Shown here: positions 27,014 to 37,489 of the stretch, one piece after another | Numbering within the stretch: position 1 is the stretch's first letter | How the letters are laid out: each line of letters opens with the position of its first letter | From: Roseimaritima sp. | Lineage (GTDB): Bacteria > Planctomycetota > Planctomycetia > Pirellulales > Pirellulaceae | Reading direction: 5' to 3' | Assembly (NCBI GenBank): GCA_048267365.1 | Contig: JBLWXR010000002.1 | Span: forward strand, 44,240-108,239 | Length of the DNA stretch: 64,000 bases | Notes under the pieces: model-generated | The model's database searches: none | Told to the model about the DNA's origin: nothing | What the model saw: only the letters and a program-made list of their open reading frames with translations | Made by a program: the position numbers and the translations under genes

Positions 27014-28672
27014 ATGACCGTCTTGGTTTTTGGACACCGCAATCCCGACACGGACGCCATCTGCTCCGCGCTCGCCTACGCTCACCTGCTGCGTGAAACC
27101 ACGCACCCCGATGCCGTGGCGGCCTGCTGTGGCCCCACCAATCGCCGGACGGAATTTGCGCTCAAAAAGTGCAATCTCGAACCGCCGCGGATCATCATGG
27201 ACGTGCGCCCGGAAGTCGAGGACGTGTGCCACCACAACATCATCACGGCCCAAGAGAGTGAAGTCTTCTATGAAGTCTATCGCCGCCTGAAAACGCACGA
27301 ACTGCGCAGCATCCCCGTGCTGGACGACGCCGGCGGCTTGGTCGGGGTACTGAGCCTATTGGATGTACTGGAATTGATTTTTGACGGCGAGAGCGACGCC
27401 AAGGTGGCGCGGGTCGTATCGAGCAGTCTGGAGAAAATCCGCAAGTCGTTTGATGGCCGCTACCTGAACGAGGTCGACACCGATCGGCGGCAGGATCTAA
27501 AAGTCATGGTGGGGGCCATGAGCGCCGGCAAGTTCACCGAAAAGCTGGGCAACCTGCCGCCTGAAGACACGCTGGTGGTCAGCGGCGACCGGCCAACGAT
27601 CCAGCTGCCGGCGCTCGAACGCAACGTCCGCGGCATCGTCGTCACCGGCGGCTTCGAATTGTCACCGGGGTTACTGCAGATCGCCAAAGCCAACGGCGTG
27701 ACGGTGATCGTCAGCCCCTACGACACCGCGACCACGACGATGCGGATCAAATCCGCCCGAGCGATCGCGCCGGCCATCGATCGCGAATACGTCTCGCTGT
27801 CCGCCAAACAGCCGATCGAAGAAGCCCAACAACAGATCTCGCGGACCGCTCAACCGATCTTCCCCGTACTCGACGACGACGGCCGGCTGATTGGGGTGCT
27901 GTCTAAATCCGATCTGGTCAATCCCCCCAAGCCTCGCCTGGTACTGGTGGATCACAACGAACTGGGGCAAGCCGTCGACGGGGCAGAGGGGGCGGAAATT
28001 TTGGAAGTCCTCGACCACCATCGCCTGGGCGGCAGCTTGCGTTCTTCGCAGCCGATTCGCTTTATTATGGAACCGGTCGGTTCGACTTGCACGCTGGTTG
28101 CCCAGCGGTACCGCGCCCTGGGCATCGAGCCCACTGCGGGGATGGCCCTGTGTATGGTTTCGGGGATCATCTCTGACACCCTGTTCCTGCGTTCGCCCAC
28201 GACCACCGACGTCGATCGCGACACGCTGAAATGGCTGGAAACGTACTGTGAAACCGACTTGGAAACGTTCGCCAAAGAGTTCTTTGAAACCGGCTCGGCA
28301 TTGCGAGTCAGCAAAGCGGATCGCGTGGTCCGCGAGGACTGCAAAGAATTCGAAGAGCACGGGCACCGGTTTTCGATTTCGCAAATCGAAGAGATCGGAT
28401 TTGATTTGTTCTGGAATCGCAAAAACGAGCTCCGCGCGGCACTCGAACAAATGACCGCCGAACGCCAGCTCGATTTTTCCGCCCTGATGATCACCGACAT
28501 TGTCTCCAACGGCAGCCTGTTGTTGATGTCGCGAGAGCCGGAATGCTGGGAAGAGATCAACTACCCTCGAGTCGACCTGCGGCTATACAAACTGGACAAC
28601 GTGGTCAGCCGTAAAAAGCAGTTGCTGCCGCTGTTCGCCTCCCTGCTAGAAACCGGTACCCACACCGGCTGA
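27014..28672 (+). CDS. ppaC: CBS-domain-containing family II (DHH) inorganic pyrophosphatase
   Basis: 552 aa: MTVLVFGHRNPDTDAICSALAYAHLL, an inserted CBS/DRTGG-like region (LRSIPVLDDAGGLVGVLS; IFPVLDDDGRLIGVLS), then VLVDHNE and LDHHRLGG. Confidence 0.8.
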   Translation: MTVLVFGHRNPDTDAICSALAYAHLLRETTHPDAVAACCGPTNRRTEFALKKCNLEPPRIIMDVRPEVEDVCHHNIITAQESEVFYEVYRRLKTHELRSIPVLDDAGGLVGVLSLLDVLELIFDGESDAKVARVVSSSLEKIRKSFDGRYLNEVDTDRRQDLKVMVGAMSAGKFTEKLGNLPPEDTLVVSGDRPTIQLPALERNVRGIVVTGGFELSPGLLQIAKANGVTVIVSPYDTATTTMRIKSARAIAPAIDREYVSLSAKQPIEEAQQQISRTAQPIFPVLDDDGRLIGVLSKSDLVNPPKPRLVLVDHNELGQAVDGAEGAEILEVLDHHRLGGSLRSSQPIRFIMEPVGSTCTLVAQRYRALGIEPTAGMALCMVSGIISDTLFLRSPTTTDVDRDTLKWLETYCETDLETFAKEFFETGSALRVSKADRVVREDCKEFEEHGHRFSISQIEEIGFDLFWNRKNELRAALEQMTAERQLDFSALMITDIVSNGSLLLMSREPECWEEINYPRVDLRLYKLDNVVSRKKQLLPLFASLLETGTHTG

Positions 28673-28867
28673 CAGCCCCGGCATGGGGAGCCCACGACGC
28701 CACACACCGCCAGTCCAGCCCGGAGCCGATTTTCACCGCTTGCCGCGATGCCCAACACGCATCACATTGGATGCCTGACCAAATGGGATGCCCGCGATTG
28801 GCGAACGATCGTGCGGCGAGCGTAACTTCGATGAATAAATGACGCGAATTCAGCACAGTGGACATTC

Positions 28868-29827
28868 ATGATGACAACAGCTGACGAAATCGCGTTTGCG
28901 GCTGACAAAATTCGCAAGGGTGAATTGGTCGGATTTCCGACCGAAACGGTCTATGGCTTAGGCGCCAATGCTTTGGACGGAGCCGCCGTCGCTGCGGTCT
29001 TCGCATTAAAAAAGCGACCGAAGTTCGATCCGTTGATCGTTCATATCGCGGACCCTGACGACCTGAGTGCCTTGGTTACCGATGTTCCACAAGCTGCCTT
29101 GGATTTGATCGAGCGATTCTGGCCGGGGCCGCTGTCCCTGGTACTGAACAAGCAAGCGTGTATTCCCGACATTGTCACCGCGGGCCTCTCCAGCGTCGCC
29201 ATCCGCTGCCCCGGTCATGACGTGGCCCGCGGCTTGATTCGCGCTGCGGGCGTCCCCATCGCGGCCCCTAGTGCCAATCGGTTTGGAATGGTCAGCCCGA
29301 CCACGGCGGCTCATGTGAGCGAGCAATTTGGCCAGCAGCTGGCAACGGTGCTGGACGATGGTCCCTGCCGTGTGGGAGTCGAATCCACCGTGATCTCGTT
29401 CGTTGAAACCTCCGACGCACGGCCGACCCTACTGCGTCCCGGTGGAGTATCGCTGGAAGAAATCGAAGCGGTGATCGGCCCGGTTGCCACCCGCACCGCT
29501 CAACCAGCACGGCCTAGTTCTCCTGGTCAATTGACCAGCCACTATGCGCCGGCGACCCCGCTGTGGATTCAGCGCCACGACCTCTCCATCCAGGGCAGCC
29601 AACGCGTTGGTTTGCTGTGCCTGCAGAAGCCGGCAAACCCGGCCCCCTTTGCCGCCATCGAAGTCTTATCCGAACAAGGCTGTCTACGCGAAGCGGCTGT
29701 CAATCTGTTCGCAGCGATTCGGCGACTGGATACGCTCGATCTGGACTGCATCATCGCCCACCCGGTTCCTGAAGTGGACATTGGCCGCGCGATTATGGAT
29801 CGCCTACGTCGCGCGTCAGCCAAATAG
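28868..29827 (+). CDS. tsaC: L-threonylcarbamoyladenylate synthase (YrdC domain plus Sua5 C-terminal domain)
   Basis: 319 aa with GELVGFPTETVYGLGANA, PLIVHI, GPLSLVL and APSANRFG. Confidence 0.85.
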   Translation: MMTTADEIAFAADKIRKGELVGFPTETVYGLGANALDGAAVAAVFALKKRPKFDPLIVHIADPDDLSALVTDVPQAALDLIERFWPGPLSLVLNKQACIPDIVTAGLSSVAIRCPGHDVARGLIRAAGVPIAAPSANRFGMVSPTTAAHVSEQFGQQLATVLDDGPCRVGVESTVISFVETSDARPTLLRPGGVSLEEIEAVIGPVATRTAQPARPSSPGQLTSHYAPATPLWIQRHDLSIQGSQRVGLLCLQKPANPAPFAAIEVLSEQGCLREAAVNLFAAIRRLDTLDLDCIIAHPVPEVDIGRAIMDRLRRASAK

Positions 29828-29905
29828 CCCCCCCCAACGTCCGGTTGATTGTCACACTCGATCTCGAACAACCGACGATACAAACGCAAGCCCCGGAAGT
29901 ACGAA

Positions 29906-30853
29906 ATGGCCAGCGGACTATTAGTGTTACTGGATGATATTGCCACGATCTTGGACGATGTGGCGATGATGACCAAAGTGGCGACCAAGAAGACGGCGGG
30001 AATTCTTGGCGATGACTTGGCATTGAATGCCCAGCAGGTGACGGGCGTTAAGTCTAATCGCGAATTACCTGTGGTCTGGGCGGTAGCCAAGGGTTCACTT
30101 GGGAACAAAGCGATTTTGGTGCCGGCGGCGTTGTTGCTGAGTGCTGTCGCCGCTTGGGCCATTGAACCGCTGATGATTGCTGGCGGAGCGTTCCTGTGCT
30201 TTGAAGGCTGCGAGAAACTAGCTCACAAGTTTTTCCATCCCCAAGAAGAGCAACAACATCGAGAAGAACACGAGGCGAACGTCGCAGACACCACCACGGA
30301 CATCGTTGCCGCCGAGAAAGCGAAAGTTCGCGGCGCCATTCGCACGGACTTCATTTTGTCGGCTGAAATCGTGGTCATCACGCTAGGCTCGGTGGGAACC
30401 GCCACTTTCATGACCCGGGTGGGCGTGCTTGTTTCCATCAGTTTGTTGATGACGGCCGGCGTCTACGGGCTGGTGGCCGGAATCGTCAAGCTGGACGATG
30501 TGGGCTTGAGTTTGATGCGCACGCCTCCGCAGCGATCGCTTGCCGCTGTGCGTGCTCGCACCGGTCGCCTGATCGTCACTGCCGCGCCGTACCTGATGAA
30601 GTTCCTATCGATCGCCGGGACCGCCGCCATGTTCCTGGTCGGGGGCGGCATTCTGGCTCATGGCGTTCCGGCTTTGCATCACTGGATCGAAGCGACGCAG
30701 GCCAACGTTAGTTCGTTCGACGGCATCGGCGGCGTGCTGGCGACGCTGGTGGGGATGGCCGCCAATGGACTGCTGGGGATCCTTGCCGGTACGATCCTTC
30801 TGATGGTGGTCAATCTATTCAAGCACGCCCGCCAAAAATGGAAAGCCGATTAA
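29906..30853 (+). CDS. DUF808 (YedI-like) inner-membrane protein
   Basis: ORF 29849-30853, ATG at 29906: MASGLLVLLDDIATILDDVAMMTKVATKKTAGILGDDLALNAQQV, followed by several TM helices. Confidence 0.75.
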   Translation: MASGLLVLLDDIATILDDVAMMTKVATKKTAGILGDDLALNAQQVTGVKSNRELPVVWAVAKGSLGNKAILVPAALLLSAVAAWAIEPLMIAGGAFLCFEGCEKLAHKFFHPQEEQQHREEHEANVADTTTDIVAAEKAKVRGAIRTDFILSAEIVVITLGSVGTATFMTRVGVLVSISLLMTAGVYGLVAGIVKLDDVGLSLMRTPPQRSLAAVRARTGRLIVTAAPYLMKFLSIAGTAAMFLVGGGILAHGVPALHHWIEATQANVSSFDGIGGVLATLVGMAANGLLGILAGTILLMVVNLFKHARQKWKAD

Positions 30854-30909
30854 ATCGCAGGCGACGGATGTTTGGCAACAAACCAACCGGCTCCCCCCGC
30901 TGAACGGCT

Positions 30910-32883
30910 CTACTCCGCTTCGACAGTTTCGGGCTCGGCTTCTGCTTGAGGTTCGGCTTCTGCTCGAGGTTCGGCTTGCGGTTCCGGTTCCGGTTCGGCT
31001 TCCGGCTCAGGTTCGGCTTCCGGTTCGACGGCTGGCGAGTCGTCTTTCATCTGGGCGTTGTCTTCGTCAGCCGGCGTGTCATCAGCCGGCGTGTCATCAG
31101 CCGGCGTGTCATCAGCCGGCGTGTCATCAGCTGGTTTATCGCCTGCGGGCTCGTTGCTCTCAGGCTTGTCGTTGCTGGCATCGTCCGTTTGTGGGTTCTC
31201 CGGCTGGGCTTTGCCCGTGTCGCCTTCGGAGTTGGATTTCTGGGCTTCGAGCATCATTTCGCGGAAGTCCAGATTCAGCAGACCTTGGGCGCGTTGCTCG
31301 GCGTCCTTCTCCCGCTGTTCTTTAACCAGTTGCTGATAGTGCTCGGGGTCCATGGCTCCGGATTCGCGCATCTCCCAGAATTCTTTCAACGGGAAATCGT
31401 CGGCGAAGGTTTCGCTGTCGATCGCGGTCTGGTAAAGCTTCAGCGTGTCCAGCAGGTCGTCGCTGGAGGTATCGAACATCAGCAGGGGATATTCTTCAAA
31501 CACGGCGGCCCATTTCACCCAGGCCTGATCGTATTTCTCGATCGCTTGATCCAGTTTGGCTTGATCATTTAACTGACCGGCTTCGTAAATCAAACGCCGG
31601 GCTTCGAGCATCTGCGGGGTTTGTTCGGCGTCCGCGCGGGTGGCCCAGTAGTCAAAGTTGACTTGCTGTCGGTAGCCTTCCACCTTTTGCAAACGGCGTT
31701 TGGAGAACGTAATGTCATCGGCCAATTCGATGGCCTGCAACTTCTTCTCTCGAGGCATTTTCCTGGCGACGTCCAGCGGTTGCGGGTTGACCAAGCGTTC
31801 AATCGTGATGGCTTCGGCCGCCTGTTCTGGATTGCGTTGTTCGGCGGGCAGCGAGTAAATCTTCTTTTGGCGATCCGTCAGATTGGCGATCGCTTCGGCG
31901 CGCATCTGTTCCTGGACTTCGCCGGTCAGTTCCGCGAATTCGGCTTCCTGATCCCTGATCTTTCGCTGCAGTTCGTCCAGTTCCCCCAAGCGGATCGTAA
32001 ATTCGGCCGTGGTGGGAATGGTTTGTTCGCTGTATTCGGTCCAGGCATTTCCGGCGTTCTGCCAAGCCCGCTGCGCGGCGTCGGACAGTTCCCCTTCGCG
32101 TTCGATGGCGATCGCATAGTTGAATACCCACTTGGGTCCGGTTTCATAGAAATGCAGCGGAGTTTTACGGCGCAGCGGGATGCCGCCTTCGCGGGTCATC
32201 CGATAGCCGCGGTTCAACCACTGACGACCGACCAACCAATTGTCGGGTTTGCGATCCGGGCCCAGGGTTTCGTTGCTGTCGACGTCGATCCCTTCGTCGC
32301 GGAGCCGTTCATGCAGGGGTTTGTCATCGCGGAATAAGCGGCGGAACTGATCTTTTTCGTCGGACATCCCCAGTTTTTGGCCGTAGTACCAACCGGTATG
32401 CCACACCAGGGCGGGCGATTTACGGTTTTGCCGTACGCCTTTGGACAAATATTCCGTGCCGTCGATGACCCACGCATAACGTTGGCGATAGTCGTCGAAC
32501 TGGGCGGAAATATTGTAGGAGATGTTGTGGGCCTGGAATTCCCAGACCTTATCGAAGTGCGGTTGCAGCAGCGAGATGTTGTTCAGCGTGGCCCGCAGAC
32601 GGTCCCATTCATGGTTGACCTCCTGGGTGTGTTTTTTGTGCCACAGCAAAGTGGTGGCCGGCCCGCGCAGGCCCAGCGTCGACAGTTTCATCGTCTCACT
32701 GGCCGGATTGATTTCTCCCAAATCGGCTTCGGAGATTTCGAAGTCGTCGCGCATTTGCGTCAACTGGCCCCCGGAGGAATCCCCTCCGCCGCTGGGCTGG
32801 CCCAGCAGGAACAGGGGGATCAGCATCAGGATCAGGATCGCCAGATAGACCAGCTTGTTAACTAGACCGTGCGATAAATTCAC
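30910..32883 (-). CDS. conserved hypothetical membrane-anchored protein with acidic repetitive C-terminal tail; third gene of the ABC operon
   Basis: 657 aa. The GTG start overlaps the permease stop (GTGA). N-terminal TM LVYLAILILMLIPLFLLG. The tail has TPADD x4 (a 15-bp repeat) and an EPEAEP-type repeat. Confidence 0.7.
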   Translation of the reverse strand: MNLSHGLVNKLVYLAILILMLIPLFLLGQPSGGGDSSGGQLTQMRDDFEISEADLGEINPASETMKLSTLGLRGPATTLLWHKKHTQEVNHEWDRLRATLNNISLLQPHFDKVWEFQAHNISYNISAQFDDYRQRYAWVIDGTEYLSKGVRQNRKSPALVWHTGWYYGQKLGMSDEKDQFRRLFRDDKPLHERLRDEGIDVDSNETLGPDRKPDNWLVGRQWLNRGYRMTREGGIPLRRKTPLHFYETGPKWVFNYAIAIEREGELSDAAQRAWQNAGNAWTEYSEQTIPTTAEFTIRLGELDELQRKIRDQEAEFAELTGEVQEQMRAEAIANLTDRQKKIYSLPAEQRNPEQAAEAITIERLVNPQPLDVARKMPREKKLQAIELADDITFSKRRLQKVEGYRQQVNFDYWATRADAEQTPQMLEARRLIYEAGQLNDQAKLDQAIEKYDQAWVKWAAVFEEYPLLMFDTSSDDLLDTLKLYQTAIDSETFADDFPLKEFWEMRESGAMDPEHYQQLVKEQREKDAEQRAQGLLNLDFREMMLEAQKSNSEGDTGKAQPENPQTDDASNDKPESNEPAGDKPADDTPADDTPADDTPADDTPADEDNAQMKDDSPAVEPEAEPEPEAEPEPEPQAEPRAEAEPQAEAEPETVEAE

Positions 32884-34784
32884 GCTGCGATCTCCCTTGT
32901 CTTAAGACAGAAATAACTCACAAAGAACGCTAACAAGAAGTACGCCAGGGTGGTGGTTGCGTGGCGAGCCAAGAGGCTGCCAAAAATATCAAACCCACTG
33001 GCCGCGTACTCTGCCGTGCCCACCATTTTGGGCAGATTCGGCAGTGAAGTGGCGATCACATCCATACTGTAAACGATAACCGTATCGACGCCTTTAACGA
33101 TTTTGCCGGTCAGATTGTCCACGTCCAAATCGGTGGTCATGGCGTCCTGTTTGGCAATCCGAATCAAGGACTCCAAAGGCCCCCCACCCATCGGTTTGTT
33201 GATATCGATATGGTGTCGCACGTCGTAGATAAATTCGGCTGAAAAGCCCAACAGCACGCACACCAAGGTCAGCAGCATGGCCACCGAACCGTTCAGGAAG
33301 GTACTGAACATCACGCCGAAGGAGATCACCATCACCATCTGTAACCAGATGGAGATATAGGCCTTGGCGAAGTTCCAGGCGAAGGGATTTTCTTTGGGCT
33401 TGAGAAACACGTCGCCCTGAGTCAGCCCCAAATACTGCCCGCGATCGAGGCAGCGGATTTCGACTTGCAAGCGATGATCGTCGGTGACCAGATCCTCAAA
33501 CACGCTGAGGTCGCGGTTCTTTTCGCCATCGTTGCCGTCCAGAGCCAGGGGGATCAAAAACTCATCCACCTCGTACTCGTTGACCACAAACGTGCGAGCG
33601 TTACTGGCGGCGCCGGTCTCGGGGTTCCGCAGCGTGACGGTGCCCCGCAAGCCGCGTTCGATGTCGCCTTTATAAGCTCGATAGGCACGCAGGTTCAGCT
33701 GCAGCGGCAAGCCATCTTGATAACGGTCGGCGGTCACATTGGAGAACGTCAACACACCGGCACTTAAGTTACCGCCTTCGATATAACCGAATTCGATCCG
33801 CCGGGCCTGCGAGGTACGCCCGATCAGCCGTTCCAGGCCGGCGCTGCCGTAGCCCCCGCTGCGTTTCTCGTTGCCCGTATCGATGCCCTCGGCGGTTTGC
33901 TGCCCGGTGCGATCGAGGAAATACAGTTCACCATAAGACGGCACCCGCGCGGTCAAAGCCCCGATCGGCGGCTGGATCACGTACTCGTCCGAGTCCTTGG
34001 CTTTGGTGATCACATGCTGGTGGCCGCGAGCGAAATCGGTGACGCCTTCCAAGCTGCCGTCTTCCAGCTCGAACAATCGGAAGGTATGGGAATGATTGCG
34101 ATCGTAGGTCGTCTTGCCGACGTAACTGCCGTCGTCTTGCTTGGCGATTTCTTCGATGCCCGCGTGATCGTGATCCAGACCTCGAGTCACAAACACGTAA
34201 CTGGCCACGCCCATGGGCACCAACAAACAGGTTCCCACGGCGACAAACCCCAGCACTCGGCCGAGCACGATCTCGGTGGCTCGCACCGGCTTGGTGACGA
34301 TCGTATAGATCGTCTTGCTTTGAATATCGGCGGGGATACTGAAGCAACTGATAAACAGCGCCAACAGCAGGATCAGATAGTTCGTCGCGGTCAATACAAA
34401 ACTGATGTACAGCCGAGCGGGATCTTCACTGTTGGGGTTCAAATACCAACCGGCGAACAGCAACCCGACCACAAAGATCCCCGCGACCACCAATACGCGA
34501 CGACGAATGGCTTCTTTAAAGGCCAACCGAGCGAGGGCGTACACGCGTCCGAAAGAGGTGCCGGGAAGGTCCGAAACGAACAGGTCGCGGACCACACGAG
34601 CGACGGAGTAAAACCCTTCGCTGGGACCATTGCGCGAAGCGGACAGCAGATACCCCACCACCAAGCCGAACAAAATCGCCAGGATGGTCAGCACGATGCC
34701 TTGCAACAAGGCGCTTTGCAGGAACGCATCGGGTCGCAGCAACCATTCGCCGTACGACCAAAAATCTTCAGGCTGTAACGTCAT
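32880..34784 (-). CDS. ABC-2 type transporter permease with a soluble insertion of about 280 aa
   Basis: 634 aa. Four N-terminal TM helices, a large hydrophilic region (roughly aa 205-485), then three more TM helices. It lies 2 bp after the ATPase gene. Confidence 0.65.
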   Translation of the reverse strand: MTLQPEDFWSYGEWLLRPDAFLQSALLQGIVLTILAILFGLVVGYLLSASRNGPSEGFYSVARVVRDLFVSDLPGTSFGRVYALARLAFKEAIRRRVLVVAGIFVVGLLFAGWYLNPNSEDPARLYISFVLTATNYLILLLALFISCFSIPADIQSKTIYTIVTKPVRATEIVLGRVLGFVAVGTCLLVPMGVASYVFVTRGLDHDHAGIEEIAKQDDGSYVGKTTYDRNHSHTFRLFELEDGSLEGVTDFARGHQHVITKAKDSDEYVIQPPIGALTARVPSYGELYFLDRTGQQTAEGIDTGNEKRSGGYGSAGLERLIGRTSQARRIEFGYIEGGNLSAGVLTFSNVTADRYQDGLPLQLNLRAYRAYKGDIERGLRGTVTLRNPETGAASNARTFVVNEYEVDEFLIPLALDGNDGEKNRDLSVFEDLVTDDHRLQVEIRCLDRGQYLGLTQGDVFLKPKENPFAWNFAKAYISIWLQMVMVISFGVMFSTFLNGSVAMLLTLVCVLLGFSAEFIYDVRHHIDINKPMGGGPLESLIRIAKQDAMTTDLDVDNLTGKIVKGVDTVIVYSMDVIATSLPNLPKMVGTAEYAASGFDIFGSLLARHATTTLAYFLLAFFVSYFCLKTREIAA

Positions 34785-34786
34785 CG

Positions 34787-35776
34787 CTAAGCATCCCCGT
34801 CCTGTTTGCCCGAGCTCTTGCCGGTGTCGGCGGCCGCGTCGCTGGCTGTTGACAACCGTCGTGCTCCGGGACGCGATTCGCTTTCCCGCACAATGTTCAG
34901 GAACAGGTCTTCCATCGTGGCCGTGGGATTGTCGATCGATTCGACTTGACCACCGTGGCGACGAATCACCTCGGCAATCTCGGTCTTGGCTTCTTCGGAC
35001 AGCCCACGAGCGTGCACCTCGGTGACGTCCTGCACCTTCAACAGGTCGCTGACCCGGCCCAGTTCTTTCAATTCGCCCTGGTGCAAAATCGCCACCCGGT
35101 CACAGACGTCTTGGACGTCGGCCAACTGGTGACTGCACAGCAGCACCGTCTTGCCCTGGTCCCGCAGGTTCAGGATCAAGTCCTTCATCTCACGGGTACC
35201 GATGGGGTCCAAGCCCGTGGTCGGCTCGTCCAACATGATCAGGTCGGGATCGTTGATCAGGGCCTGAGCCAATCCGACGCGGCGGGTCATCCCCTTGGAG
35301 TACTCTCGCAACTGGCGATGGCGAGCGTGCTCCAAGCCGACCAACTTGATCAGCTCTTCGACGCGGCGGCGGCGGTCTTCGCCCGACATGTCAAACAGCC
35401 GACCGTAGAAGTCCAGGGTTTCTTCGGCGGTCAGAAATTTGTAGAGGTACGATTCTTCGGGCAAATACCCGATGCGTTCGTTTTTGCGAGTTTCGGTGGC
35501 ATCCTTGTCGAACACCAGGACTCGGCCACTGGTGGGGAACAACAATCCCAGGATCAACTTGATCGTGGTCGATTTGCCGCTGCCGTTGGGGCCCAGCAAA
35601 CCAAAGATTTCACCCTTCTGGACTTCGATATCCAAACTTTTCAGCGCGTGGACCTTCTTCCGGCCCCAAAAGTCGCGGTATATCTTGCTCAGGTTACGTG
35701 TTTCGATCACCACCTCCCGATCCGTGCTGGACGTGGGGGCGGGTTCGGTAGCGACAGCGGTTGGTTTAGTCTCCAC
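34787..35776 (-). CDS. ABC transporter ATP-binding protein
   Basis: Walker [13 protein letters not shown], signature-like [15 protein letters not shown], Walker [14 protein letters not shown] and the H-loop LLCSHQ. Confidence 0.9.
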   Translation of the reverse strand: METKPTAVATEPAPTSSTDREVVIETRNLSKIYRDFWGRKKVHALKSLDIEVQKGEIFGLLGPNGSGKSTTIKLILGLLFPTSGRVLVFDKDATETRKNERIGYLPEESYLYKFLTAEETLDFYGRLFDMSGEDRRRRVEELIKLVGLEHARHRQLREYSKGMTRRVGLAQALINDPDLIMLDEPTTGLDPIGTREMKDLILNLRDQGKTVLLCSHQLADVQDVCDRVAILHQGELKELGRVSDLLKVQDVTEVHARGLSEEAKTEIAEVIRRHGGQVESIDNPTATMEDLFLNIVRESESRPGARRLSTASDAAADTGKSSGKQDGDA

Positions 35777-35924
35777 GGCGATTCTTTCCGCGGTGTGCGA
35801 TAGAGAGACAGTAGACGAATAGACTTATGCGGTGTTACGCCCCATCGGCAGGGACGGTTCGGTCGGAACCGTTTTGGCGGAAATTCTCTGCGACGCAAGC
35901 CCGCTTTGACCCGAGGCAACCGAT

Positions 35925-37361
35925 TTGGCAAACGAACAACCACGCGAATCCCACGACCCGGCCTTGGCCCAGGCCATGGATTTTCTGTACGGCCGCATCA
36001 ATTACGAACGTTTACCCGCGCCGACCAAGCAGTTTCCCTTCCGGTTGGCGCGGATGCGCGGCCTGCTCAGCGAACTGGACCATCCCGATCAAGGCCTGGC
36101 CGTGGTGCACATCGGCGGCACCAAGGGCAAGGGCAGCACGTCCACGATGGTCGCCGCCATGCTGTCGGCCGCTGGCTACCGCACCGGGCTATACACCTCC
36201 CCCCACCTGAACCAACTGGGCGAACGGTTTCGAGTCGATGGCGCCGTGTGCAGCGACGCCGATCTGATCCCCCTGATCGCTCAGGTCCGCGACGCCGCCC
36301 AGCGACTCGAACGCGACGGCAAAGGCTCGGCCACCTTCTTCGAACTCACCACGGCCATCGCTTTGCTGCATTTTCGCACACAACAGTGCCAAGCGGCCGT
36401 CCTGGAAGTAGGCCTGGGCGGACGCCTGGACAGCACCAACGTTTGCCACCCCCAGGTCACCGCGATCACCTCGGTAGGCCTGGATCACCAACACATCCTG
36501 GGCCACACGGTCGCCGAAATCGCTGCCGAAAAAGCGGGTATCTTCAAACCCGGCGTGCTGGCGATCAGCGGGGTCGCCGACGGACCGGCCGCCCAAGTCA
36601 TCCAGTCCCAGGCCCGGCAGCGAGGCGCCCCGTTGTGGCAACTGGGCCGCGAATTCAGTGTCGATGTCGACCACCAACAGCCCACCTGGGGGACTTCCTT
36701 CGATTACCACTCCCATATCCAGGATTCCACCGACCGCAGCCACTGGCACGTCCCGCTCGAGGGTGCTCACCAGGGCCGCAACGCCGCGATCGCGTTGGCC
36801 GTGATGGACGCCCTGGCCAGCTGCGGCAGCCTGAACGTTCCACTGGCGGACCAACGCCGCGGGCTCTCACAAGTCGTCTGCCCGGCTCGGATCGAACGTT
36901 TCACGGTCCCCGCATCAGCCGACACCTGCACAGACGACACCTGCACAGACGACCAAGTCAGCGTGCTGTTGGACGCGGCTCACAATGAGGACTCGATCGC
37001 AGCGTTATGCGAGGTCATCCGCCGCCGCGGCCAGGGGAAACGGCTCGCGGTGGTGTTTGGAACCAGCCATGACAAAGACGCCCCAGCCCAGCTGCGGCAA
37101 CTGCTTGAAGTGACCGATTCGTTGTTTTTGACACGATTTCACGAAAATCCCCGCTGGCGTGACCCGGCTTCGCTAGCCGAACTGGCCGCAGCACACAGCG
37201 CAGCGGGGGGCGCGGCGGTCCGGGCATCCGAAATCCGCGTAATCGACCTGCCCGCCGAAGCCTTATCGGCAGCGATTCAAGCGGTGGGAGCGGGCGGCAT
37301 GGCGGTGATTTGTGGTTCGTTTTTCTTGGCCGCCGAGCTGCGCCCGCTGCTGCGGACCTAA
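35925..37361 (+). CDS. folC: bifunctional folylpolyglutamate synthase / dihydrofolate synthase
   Basis: 478 aa with VVHIGGTKGKGST, TSPHL and GLGGRLDSTNV (Mur-ligase family). Confidence 0.85.
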   Translation: MANEQPRESHDPALAQAMDFLYGRINYERLPAPTKQFPFRLARMRGLLSELDHPDQGLAVVHIGGTKGKGSTSTMVAAMLSAAGYRTGLYTSPHLNQLGERFRVDGAVCSDADLIPLIAQVRDAAQRLERDGKGSATFFELTTAIALLHFRTQQCQAAVLEVGLGGRLDSTNVCHPQVTAITSVGLDHQHILGHTVAEIAAEKAGIFKPGVLAISGVADGPAAQVIQSQARQRGAPLWQLGREFSVDVDHQQPTWGTSFDYHSHIQDSTDRSHWHVPLEGAHQGRNAAIALAVMDALASCGSLNVPLADQRRGLSQVVCPARIERFTVPASADTCTDDTCTDDQVSVLLDAAHNEDSIAALCEVIRRRGQGKRLAVVFGTSHDKDAPAQLRQLLEVTDSLFLTRFHENPRWRDPASLAELAAAHSAAGGAAVRASEIRVIDLPAEALSAAIQAVGAGGMAVICGSFFLAAELRPLLRT

Positions 37362-37385
37362 TGCGCCCGCTGCTGCGGACCTAAG
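37340..37385. repeat. 23-bp tandem duplication spanning the folC stop codon
   Basis: gcgcccgctgctgcggacctaat (37340-37362) is followed by gcgcccgctgctgcggacctaag (37363-37385). Confidence 0.9.
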
Positions 37386-37489
37386 GTGTCCGGCAACCGG
37401 CGATATCCCTATCAGCGAAGCACTTCGCAACGCTTCGGCAGCCTACCACAGGCCGCCTGGGACCCTCTCCAATGCCAAGGACCGCCAAC

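Noticed and set aside
35906-36988. 360-aa plus-strand ORF overlapping folC in another frame
   Set aside because: The translation is Arg/Pro/Gly-rich. The folC frame carries the Mur-ligase motifs.
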